Below are positions 29,161-37,580 of a stretch of DNA of 64,000 nucleotides, in pieces. The number at the start of each line of letters is the position of its first letter. Positions within the stretch are counted from its first letter, which is position 1. Where the stretch lies: contig OZ253442.1 in assembly GCA_965261085.1 (NCBI GenBank), forward strand, positions 928,001-992,000. Direction: 5' to 3'. A model generated the notes under the pieces. It saw only the letters and a program-made list of their open reading frames with translations. It did no database searches and was not told the DNA's origin. The position numbers and the translations under genes were made by a program. This stretch comes from a bacterium. Lineage in GTDB: Bacteria > UBA8248.

Positions 29161-29200
29161 CGCCTGCCCCTAGAGTGGGCCGAAATCGGGCGGGGGTATG
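29161..29200. repeat. 40-bp copy of the amidase 3' end (38/40 to 30670-30709)
   Basis: Direct comparison; encodes IPPPDFGPL* on the minus strand. Confidence 0.85.
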
Positions 29201-29247
29201 AAGCGCGTCGGCCGCTCTGCGGTACGAAAGTATTTGTAAGCCATCAC

Positions 29248-29276
29248 TTGACAATTCTGCCGCCTACGGTTAGCTT
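29248..29276 (+). promoter_or_regulatory. Sigma70-type promoter of higBA, probably leaderless
   Basis: TTGACA-17 bp-TAGCTT, ATG 7 bp downstream; imperfect palindrome TGTAAG...CTTGACA overlaps the -35. Confidence 0.65.
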
Positions 29277-29282
29277 GCGTCA

Positions 29283-29349
29283 ATGATTGGGAGCATTCGG
29301 ATGGTACGACGACGGCGCAGTGGACGTGGACATAGAGGACTATCACTGA
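29283..29349 (+). pseudogene. higB: HigB (RelE/ParE) toxin remnant, internally deleted
   Basis: MIGS start joined out of frame to FGWYDDGAVDVDIEDYH*, the typical HigB C-terminus; TGATG overlap with higA. Confidence 0.75.
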
Positions 29350-29654
29350 TGATCGAGAGACACCCTTCCATCGACCCGGCGCATCCGGGGGAAATCCTGC
29401 GCGAGGACGTCCTGCCCGCCCTCGGGGTGAGCAAGACGGCGGTGGCCGCGGCCCTCGGCATTTCCCGGCAGACGCTCTACGACATCCTGAACGAGAAGCA
29501 GCCGGTTACCGCCGAGATGGCGGTTCGCTTCGGCAAGCTCTTCGGCAACGGCCCGGGCTTTTGGGTCAACCTCCAGCGCAACTACGATCTGGCGCGCGCG
29601 GAACGTTCGGTGGATGTCAGCGGAATACCGACGCTCGAAGCGAGGAATGCTTAG
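29349..29654 (+). CDS. higA: HigA-family antitoxin (HTH)
   Basis: HPGEILREDVL, HTH, VTAEMAVR, FWVNLQ..YDL. Confidence 0.92.
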   Translation: MIERHPSIDPAHPGEILREDVLPALGVSKTAVAAALGISRQTLYDILNEKQPVTAEMAVRFGKLFGNGPGFWVNLQRNYDLARAERSVDVSGIPTLEARNA

Positions 29655-29671
29655 GATGTAGTAGCGCGACC

Positions 29672-30607
29672 TGTGGGACGACCCCGAGGAGGGGTTCGCC
29701 CCTACGGAACGCGAACCGTCGCTACGGCAATCGCGGATTTCGCTCGTCATTCCGCCGAAAGCCGGAATCCAGAGAATTTACCCTTCGTCTTTCATTTTCC
29801 GGCTTCATCCCCGCTTCATCGAAGAATAATGAAACCCCATAACGCATCCACATTATCGGTTCTGGCCAACCTCTCGGTTGTCACCCGCATACGCCGGAAT
29901 GACGAGCGAGAACCATTCCTCCCTTGGGGGTTGGATGCGTGATGCGAGATTGGAATCACTCCCCCCTTGAGGGTCATTTCCGACCGAAGAGGGAGGGAAT
30001 GTCGCAGAAGCCGAGCGTTTTGTGCGAAGGCTGATGCAGTGGGGGGACGATTTTCAAATAAAACTCCCCCCACCGGCGCGACTTCGGGCTTCGCTCTCGT
30101 CTTGCCGACTCCCCCTCAAGGGGGGAGTGATTCTCGCCTTGACTCGTCTTGCCATTGGTCTTCCCGAGGAGGAGAATTGCAAACTCTCCTTCACCGGTCG
30201 GGTCTGACCCCCACCGACTCGCTTGCGGGCGTGCGCCCTTACCTCGTCGACAATCCCTCATTCTTCAATCGGGCTTGACCCTCAAGGGGGGAGTGGTATT
30301 GCAACTCAGCGGTATTGTAGGGGACTACCCTTCTGGGTAGTCCCTGCCCCCGTGGTTGTCCCCCGCAGGACAGGCACAGGGGCTACGGCGAACGTGGTTT
30401 CGCTCGTCATTCCGGCGAAAGCCGGAATCCAGAGCCGATGTGGGTGGGTACATTCCGGTATTTCGTTCCGTCTTTGATCGAGCGGGAATAACGGCGAAAA
30501 GCAAAAGGCGAAACCCTGGATTCCGCATTCCCTCCCGCCTTGGTCGGAAATGACACCGGAATGACGGCCAAAACGGAAATCGGGCGGACACATAGGTCCG
30601 CCCCTAC
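29672..30607. repeat. Mosaic cluster of REP-A, REP-B and REP-C units with nested micro-inserts
   Basis: REP-B doublets 29745-29904 and 30405-30566; REP-A doublet 29955-30133 and single 30207-30297; REP-C hairpins. Confidence 0.85.
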
Positions 30608-30678
30608 GACGTGTGATCACTTCTAATCGTTATCCCGAATTCATCCCCCCAAAAACACCCGAGCGATTCCGCCTGCCC

Positions 30679-32991
30679 CTAGAGCGGGCCGAAATCGGGC
30701 GGGGGGATGCGGCGCTTAGAAGCCGCCTCATACGTCGAGGCGATCCGGAGCAGGGTGTCCTCCTTGCCGGGTTCGGCTCGGAATACGAGAGAAAACGGCA
30801 GGCCCGGCTCGGGGATGGTGGTGGCCTGATCGTTGGGAACGGAGATGAACCGCGTACCATCCTCGCTCAACTCGAAAACGGGATCATAGGTCGTGCGCAC
30901 GTAGCCCGCCGGCACGAGCACTTCCGTCAGACCTGCGTTCGGCCCGCTTTGCGATTCGGGCCGTGAGTTCAGCACGAGGCCGGGCTGGACCGCCCCTCCG
31001 ATGATGGCGGGCGGAAACGGCGTGTGCAGGCGCACGAGGGCGTCGAGGTTGTTCTCCAGAATCACCATCATGTCCACGCGGCGCAGGAGTTCGCGCAGCA
31101 TGATGCGCTCGTTCACTCCTTGTCTGCCGCCGTGGGGATTGCGCGGGTCGACCACTTCCTCCCAGTTCCTGAAGGCGGCGCGATGGTCGTCGCCCCAGAA
31201 TTTAGAGCGCGCGTTCAACTCGGGAAAGCCGGTGATGGTCTCGCTGAATCCGCGCGCCTCCCAGTCCTCGGCCCGGCGCGAGAGGTACTGGTGGATGTGG
31301 TAGCGAAACGTCATGGCGAGTTCTTGTTGCTGCACGGTGGCGAGGTCGAGGTTTTTAGGCTGCTCGATTCTGCCCTCGCCCATGTCGAGCATGTAGTCGA
31401 TGGGCTGCATGCCGCCCGAGCCGAAGACGACGCCCGGCGCGAACTCTGTGGGGACGATGGCTTCGGCGAATTCCCTGAAGAGCGGCGCGCCCTCGGGCGT
31501 GAGCCGGAACATGATGTCTGGCATGAAGACGGGGATGAGCCTGGCGAGCGCGCGCCGGAAATCCGTCTTCATCGTCTCGATTTCCGGGTCGCCCGCCCAG
31601 AGCGGGTCGGTGGATTCCAGGAGTTTCGCCCCGAGTTTTTGGCCCAGGACTTCCTTTATCTCCCGGGCCGCCGCGTTGACGATGGGCTCTTCTGATTTCG
31701 AACCCCTCGGATACACCATGGACTCGCGGATGACCCCGATGCGCATCCCCTCGAGCGCGCCCGCCTCCCCGCTCGTTTTGATGTGCGCCGCGTAGGGCGT
31801 ATCCAGAACGGAGGAGCGCGGCACCGTCGTGAACGGATCGCGCGGGTCGTAATAGCCGTTCACCGGATCCTTCAGGGCGTCGAGAACCTTGGCGCAATCA
31901 CTCAGGCATTTCGTGATGATGCCGCTCCTGTCGCAATAGATGTCCGCGCCGATGGCCCCGCCGTCGAAGCCGAGCATCGCCTTGTGCGGCAGAATGAGCG
32001 CTACGGCGTTGTGGTTCGACGGCCCCCGGCAGGAGGCTCTCGTCTCCTCGCCCAGGCTCGCCATCACCATGTTGGTGCTCACCGAAAGGGCGGAGCCGGA
32101 ACTCGAACCCAGCGACGCCGCCCGCGTGGTGTCGTAGGGGTTCGAGGGATTCCCGGCCCACGAACTGCGCTGATAGCCCAGGACGGAGGGCAGCACCTTC
32201 TCGGGTTCGTGCCGCCCGCCCGGATCGCCCGCGCGTCCGTTGTATTCGGTGCTCACGGCTTTTGCGAAGATGATGGCGCCCTTGTTCCTGAGCTGCTCGA
32301 CGAGGATGTGGTCGCGCGCGGGAAAATCGATGTCGTAGCTCGCGTCGCCCCCGCCCGTCGAGCGCATGTCCTTGGTGTCGAATGGATCCTTGAAAGAAAA
32401 CGCCACGCCGTACATCGGCAATTTTTCGAGGTCGGGGTTCGCGCCGTATTCGGCGTCCAGTTCCGCCGCGCGCTCGAGCGCGTCTGGGTAGTGGCGAAAG
32501 ACCTCGCACATGGGCGGCGCGCCCGGCGGCAAGGGGCCTTCTGATGGATGCCTGTCGAAATCGCCCCGGCAGGTGACGGAACGCTCGCCGCGAATGTTCA
32601 GGGTGGCGAGGGCGTTCACCTGGCCCGCGCCCGGGATCCCAGCGATCATGCCGTATTGCTGCTGGACGTCGGGGTCGGACGCCGTGGCCTCCATGCGCCC
32701 GAACTCAAGCGGCGGCCCCTTGTATCTGTCCAGCTCGGGCAGGACGTCCGCGGCCTTCACCGTCTCGGTCGGGAAGCGAAGCGGGGAGCCTCCCCGCATC
32801 GCGCCCGTAGCTTCGGGAACCGGCGCGCCGTCTGCTGTGACGAGCATGCTGGTGACGCCGTTATACGCGCGCACGCGCTCCAGGTAGCGTTCCACGACTT
32901 CTATGCAGGTCGTGCGTCCGGCGCGAATCGCCGCGTGTAAGTCTTCTATGCTCGCTTCTTCCAGGCGAAACGCCCCGGTCTTATCCTCCAT
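30679..32991 (-). CDS. Large amidase-signature family protein (770 aa)
   Basis: FKD catalytic Lys, NPSNPYD, GSSSGS, GEETRASCRGP (variant of G.DTGGSIR.P). Confidence 0.85.
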   Translation of the reverse strand: MEDKTGAFRLEEASIEDLHAAIRAGRTTCIEVVERYLERVRAYNGVTSMLVTADGAPVPEATGAMRGGSPLRFPTETVKAADVLPELDRYKGPPLEFGRMEATASDPDVQQQYGMIAGIPGAGQVNALATLNIRGERSVTCRGDFDRHPSEGPLPPGAPPMCEVFRHYPDALERAAELDAEYGANPDLEKLPMYGVAFSFKDPFDTKDMRSTGGGDASYDIDFPARDHILVEQLRNKGAIIFAKAVSTEYNGRAGDPGGRHEPEKVLPSVLGYQRSSWAGNPSNPYDTTRAASLGSSSGSALSVSTNMVMASLGEETRASCRGPSNHNAVALILPHKAMLGFDGGAIGADIYCDRSGIITKCLSDCAKVLDALKDPVNGYYDPRDPFTTVPRSSVLDTPYAAHIKTSGEAGALEGMRIGVIRESMVYPRGSKSEEPIVNAAAREIKEVLGQKLGAKLLESTDPLWAGDPEIETMKTDFRRALARLIPVFMPDIMFRLTPEGAPLFREFAEAIVPTEFAPGVVFGSGGMQPIDYMLDMGEGRIEQPKNLDLATVQQQELAMTFRYHIHQYLSRRAEDWEARGFSETITGFPELNARSKFWGDDHRAAFRNWEEVVDPRNPHGGRQGVNERIMLRELLRRVDMMVILENNLDALVRLHTPFPPAIIGGAVQPGLVLNSRPESQSGPNAGLTEVLVPAGYVRTTYDPVFELSEDGTRFISVPNDQATTIPEPGLPFSLVFRAEPGKEDTLLRIASTYEAASKRRIPPPDFGPL

Positions 32992-33168
32992 GACGCATCC
33001 TTTCGTATTGTCGCGTGTTCTCGTCCCCTCCCGGCGGAGGGAGCGGTTATTCGGTTTCAAATGATTCGGGAATACTATGGGCGACGCCTGATTTTCGCAA
33101 CGGCGTTACGGGAAAATGAGGGAGAAGTATCCTGAAAACACTCCCGCATCCCGCCGATTCTCTCGTGC

Positions 33169-33324
33169 GCATTTGCCCGCTAGTCGATTCTGCTTTGTCG
33201 ACCGGGGTCAGAAATTGATGGGCCGGTTCACGTAGCGCAATTCCCCGCATTTGTCCACCGAATCTATTCAACTTGGCCGACCAGGGTATAAATCGATGAA
33301 CTGTTTTACGCAGCGCAATTCCCC
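33169..33324. repeat. Degenerate 78-bp tandem direct repeat (2 units)
   Basis: Units start GCATTTG at 33169 and 33247 and both end ACG.AGCGCAATTCCCC. Confidence 0.7.
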
Positions 33325-33519
33325 AGATTTCCCGCTTGGGCGTTTCGGGGCGTTCCCATATCATCCCTGAGCGGATTTCAGGCCAAATCCGCCGCCCCCC
33401 AATTCCGAATTACTGAAAAATACGATAAAATACGATAAATTCACGATGTTTTTCGATAAATACATGAATAGATGCGATGCGGTAACTATCTGATAAATAA
33501 ACGGTAAAGGAGTTTTGGG

Positions 33520-35169
33520 TTGAAAAACGAGGCGAAAACGGACCTCGACGCCCTCATCGTGGGTGCGGGCATCTCAGGCCTTTTCATGCTCTACCGTCTA
33601 CGCTCGCGGGGTTTTAAGGCGCGGGTGTACGAGGCGGGCGGCGACGTGGGCGGCACCTGGTACTGGAACCGCTACCCGGGCGCACGATGCGACACGGAGA
33701 GCGTTCAGTATTCCTATCAATTCTCCGAAGAACTCCAGCAGGAATGGGAATGGAGTGAGCGCTACGCGAGCCAGCCCGAAATTCTGCGCTATATCAACCA
33801 TGCGGCCGCACGCTTTGATTTAAAAAGGGATGTCGTCTTCAACACGCGGGTGGCCTCCGCCGTTTTCGACGAGGATGCCAGCCACTGGGTCGTCGAGACA
33901 GGTAGCGGCGAGCGGGTCTCGGCCACCTTCTGCGTGATGGCCACCGGGTGTCTCTCCTCTCCGAATTTTCCCGCTTTTGAGGGTCTGGACGATTTTGAGG
34001 GTCCCGTTTTGCACACCGGCCTCTGGCCGCATGAAAAGGTGGATTTCTCCGGAAAACGCGTGGGCGTCATCGGCACGGGTTCATCGGCGATGCAGTCCAT
34101 CCCCATCATCGCGCGCGAAGCGGCCGAAGTGTTCGTCTTCCAAAGAACGGCGCACTACGCAGTGCCCGCGCACAACGGCCCCATCGATCCGGAGCGCGTG
34201 CGCGAGGTGAAGGCGAATTACCCGCAGATAAGACAAAGAGCCAAGCGCTCGGCCACGGGTTTCGACCAGACGTTCAACGACAAGGCGGCTCTCGAGGTCA
34301 GTGAAGAAGAACGCGAGCGCGAATTCGAGAAACGCTGGGCGCACGGGGGGTTGCCCTTTCTCTCCGCGTTCACGGATTTGCGCTACAGCGAGGAGGCGAA
34401 CCAGACGGCGGGCGAATTCGTGCGAAACAAGATTCGGGAAATCGTGAAGGATCCCAAAACCGCGGAACTGCTTTGTCCCACAACCGTCATCGGATGCAAG
34501 CGTCTTTGTGTGATAACGGAGTATTTCGAGATATATAACCGCCCGAACGTGCACCTGATCGACGTGAGCGAATCGCCCATCGAGAAGATAACGCCCGAAG
34601 GGGTGATGACCGGCGGGCGGGTGTATGAAATCGACACGCTCATTCTGGCCACGGGGTATGACGCGATGACGGGAACCCTGCTCAGAATCGACATCAGGGG
34701 GCGCGGCGGGCGGACCTTGCAGGACAAATGGAAGGTGGGCCCCCGCACCTACCTGGGCCTTATGACGGCGGGGTTCCCGAACCTGTTCACCATCACGGGA
34801 CCCGGAAGCCCCTCGGTGCTGACGAACATGCAGACTTCCATCGACCACCACGTCGAGTGGATAGGCGCTTGTCTCGTGTATTTGCGCGAAAACGGGCTGA
34901 AGTCCATCGAGGCGACCCTGGAGGCGGAGGACGCCTGGGTGGCGCACAACAACGAGGAGGCCGCAAAGACGATTCGCTACCGCTGCACCTCCTGGTATCT
35001 GGGAGCGAACATACCGGGCAAGCCGCGCGTGTTCATGCCCTACATCTCCGGGTTCGACGTGTATTCGAAAAAATGCGCGGAAATCGTGGAGGCGGGATAC
35101 GAGGGTTTTCATCTGATTCCACATAAAAACAAGCAGGCGGACGCCGCAATCGGGCATTCTGCGAATTAA
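33520..35169 (+). CDS. Baeyer-Villiger monooxygenase (CHMO/PAMO-like)
   Basis: GAGISG, GGTWYWNRYPGARCD, FxGxxxHTxxWP fingerprint, GTGSS, ATG. Confidence 0.93.
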   Translation: MKNEAKTDLDALIVGAGISGLFMLYRLRSRGFKARVYEAGGDVGGTWYWNRYPGARCDTESVQYSYQFSEELQQEWEWSERYASQPEILRYINHAAARFDLKRDVVFNTRVASAVFDEDASHWVVETGSGERVSATFCVMATGCLSSPNFPAFEGLDDFEGPVLHTGLWPHEKVDFSGKRVGVIGTGSSAMQSIPIIAREAAEVFVFQRTAHYAVPAHNGPIDPERVREVKANYPQIRQRAKRSATGFDQTFNDKAALEVSEEEREREFEKRWAHGGLPFLSAFTDLRYSEEANQTAGEFVRNKIREIVKDPKTAELLCPTTVIGCKRLCVITEYFEIYNRPNVHLIDVSESPIEKITPEGVMTGGRVYEIDTLILATGYDAMTGTLLRIDIRGRGGRTLQDKWKVGPRTYLGLMTAGFPNLFTITGPGSPSVLTNMQTSIDHHVEWIGACLVYLRENGLKSIEATLEAEDAWVAHNNEEAAKTIRYRCTSWYLGANIPGKPRVFMPYISGFDVYSKKCAEIVEAGYEGFHLIPHKNKQADAAIGHSAN

Positions 35170-35257
35170 AGGCCGCACGACTTACATTCTTGGTGGATAT
35201 GAAATAGGATGAGCACATAATCAATGCATACATAGCACTCATGAATGGGACCTCTGC

Positions 35258-36352
35258 ATGGCGGAAGTAGTCGTAAAGGACTTGGTGAAACGCTTCGGTT
35301 CGGAAATACTGGCGGTGGACAACGTCAGCTTTACCGTGGGCGAAGGGGAATTCGTAACCTTACTGGGTCCCAGCGGGTGCGGTAAGACGACGACGCTTCG
35401 CTGCATCGCAGGGCTTGAGACTCCCGATGAGGGAGACATCCTCATCGCAAACGAGGTGTTCACCTCGAGCAGTACCGGGGTTTGCCTGCCGCCAGAAAAG
35501 CGCCGGCTCGGCATGGTGTTTCAGTCCTACGCCATATGGCCTCACATGTCGGTTGCCGAGAACGTGGCTTACGGCATTCAGGCCCAGGGAGCGAGTCGCA
35601 CAGTGGTGAGCGAAAAGGTCGCCAAGGCGCTCGAACTCGTCGGCCTGAGCGGTCTGGGCGAGAGAAACGCCACGAAACTCTCCGGCGGCCAGCAACAGCG
35701 GGTATCCCTCGCCCGCGCATTGGCCTACAACCCCCGTGTTCTTCTTTTCGATGAGCCTCTGAGCAACCTCGATGCGAAATTGCGTGAGCGCATGCGGGTC
35801 GAGTTGGCGGGGCTGATAAAAGAACTCAAATTGACGGCCATTTACGTCACCCATGATCAGGCGGAAGCGATGGTCATGAGTGATCGCATCATCGTCATGA
35901 AAGACGGAAGAATACAACAAGAGGGGGATCCGCACTCCACTTACAATGAGCCGGCTAATAGTTTCGTCGCCGATTTCATCGGTGTGACGAACATTCTAGA
36001 AGGCAGGGCCGGTGAAAAGGAAAACGGCAAAGGCCTTTGGGTGGAAGTTCCGTCTCTTGGATCGAAAATTCTATGCGCAAAAGGAATCGAGCGTGAGATT
36101 CTGACCGGTTCCGATTTGCTGGTCACCGTGCGGCCTGAATACATTGAATTTGGAGAAGATGGGTCGGACGATAACAACGTTTTAAGCGGCCGGGTGAGTG
36201 ATGCTGTTTATCTGGGGCAATCCTGGGATTGTTCGGTTCAATCGGGCAGCCTGGAATTGAGGGTGCAAGTTCGTGGAGACGCGGATATCCGGATCGGCCA
36301 TTCCGTCACCATGACGATTTCCCCTTCAAGATGCGTGGTGTTGAGCGATTGA
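35258..36352 (+). CDS. Fe3+/polyamine-type ABC ATPase with TOBE domain
   Basis: GPSGCGKT, LSGGQQQR, FDEPLSNLDA. Confidence 0.9.
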   Translation: MAEVVVKDLVKRFGSEILAVDNVSFTVGEGEFVTLLGPSGCGKTTTLRCIAGLETPDEGDILIANEVFTSSSTGVCLPPEKRRLGMVFQSYAIWPHMSVAENVAYGIQAQGASRTVVSEKVAKALELVGLSGLGERNATKLSGGQQQRVSLARALAYNPRVLLFDEPLSNLDAKLRERMRVELAGLIKELKLTAIYVTHDQAEAMVMSDRIIVMKDGRIQQEGDPHSTYNEPANSFVADFIGVTNILEGRAGEKENGKGLWVEVPSLGSKILCAKGIEREILTGSDLLVTVRPEYIEFGEDGSDDNNVLSGRVSDAVYLGQSWDCSVQSGSLELRVQVRGDADIRIGHSVTMTISPSRCVVLSD

Positions 36353-36425
36353 AGGGAGGGCATCCAGAACCCTCTTTCTGCGCGGAATCGTTTTTTTCTT
36401 TACTTTTTCCTTGGGAGAAGATTCG

Positions 36426-37571
36426 ATGAAAAAAAGCTTGAGTTTCTCGGTGGGAGTGACGGTATTGCTGGCGGCTATGTTCACGCTGGGCGGGACTGCC
36501 CACGCCGCTGAAGCGCCGATTTTGAAAGAACTCAAAGGCGCGGAAAAAGCCCGCGTCGCGAAATTGATTGAAGGAGCCAGAAAAGAAGGAGCTTTTTCCT
36601 GGGCCACGAACCTCGCTCCCGTGAAAGCGGCCAAAGCGATGGAGAAGGCCTTCAAGAAACTCTATGGACTGCCAAAGGTGAAATTCCGTTTCGCCAACAG
36701 GCGCTCCGGTACGCTCATCAAGCGTTTCGAGCAGGAGATCAAGGCCAACAAGCTCTCCGTCGACGTGGTCGTGCTCGCCGCGGCTTCCTGGCTGCACTCG
36801 ATGAAGCGTCGCGGGAATCTGATGAAATACGTCTCGCCCGAAGACAAGCACTACAACCTGGCGGAAAAAGCCAACATGAACGGCGGAGGCTATTGGGTGG
36901 CCGATGCGCAAATCAACACCATGGCGGTTAACCGGGATTTGGCGGGCAACGTCAAACTGACGAGTTGGCATGATTTACTGAGGCCCGAGTTCAAGGGAAA
37001 AGTGCTGGTCGGCGATGCGAGGCCTTCCGAGACCTATACCCTTTGGTACAAGGGGCTTCGCGAGCGGTTGCCGAAGAGCTACTTCCAGAAATTAAGCGCT
37101 GCGGGCGCGGGCGTGATGGCGAGAGGATCGGCGCAGAGGCGCTCCCTCATGGCTGGGGAGTATTGGCTCGGGACGACGATAATGGCCAGACACAACTGGA
37201 TCGCGAAAAAAGCCGGTGTGAAGATGGACCCCATCTATCCCAAAGAAGGCGTGGTGGCGCTTCCCATTGCTTCCGTGATTATGGCGAAAGCGAAGAATCC
37301 CAATATGGCGAAACTTTTCGTCGATTACTGGAGGAGCGTGAGGGGACATCACATGCTCCTGAATTATAATCCGCTCAATTCCGGCAGGCCGCTTCCGCCC
37401 CATAAGGATGGGAAAATCAACAAATTCATCCTGGCGAAAGACGGCATTGCGCCTCCCATCGACAAGATCAACGTCATCCCGACCGATTGGAGCAAAATCA
37501 CGCCTGCGGACGTGAAGAAATGGAAAGCGGAATTCATCGAGGTCTTCGGATCGGGGACGAAAAAGAAATAA
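36426..37571 (+). CDS. Fe3+/thiamine/polyamine-type ABC substrate-binding protein
   Basis: Signal peptide, SW.DLL.PEFKGK, YPKEG, AKNPN.AKLF. Confidence 0.85.
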   Translation: MKKSLSFSVGVTVLLAAMFTLGGTAHAAEAPILKELKGAEKARVAKLIEGARKEGAFSWATNLAPVKAAKAMEKAFKKLYGLPKVKFRFANRRSGTLIKRFEQEIKANKLSVDVVVLAAASWLHSMKRRGNLMKYVSPEDKHYNLAEKANMNGGGYWVADAQINTMAVNRDLAGNVKLTSWHDLLRPEFKGKVLVGDARPSETYTLWYKGLRERLPKSYFQKLSAAGAGVMARGSAQRRSLMAGEYWLGTTIMARHNWIAKKAGVKMDPIYPKEGVVALPIASVIMAKAKNPNMAKLFVDYWRSVRGHHMLLNYNPLNSGRPLPPHKDGKINKFILAKDGIAPPIDKINVIPTDWSKITPADVKKWKAEFIEVFGSGTKKK

Positions 37572-37580
37572 CGATGAGAA

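Noticed and set aside
29672-30607. Repeat cluster as a CRISPR array
   Set aside because: Units are of several families, in both orientations, irregularly spaced, with no constant repeat-spacer period and no cas genes
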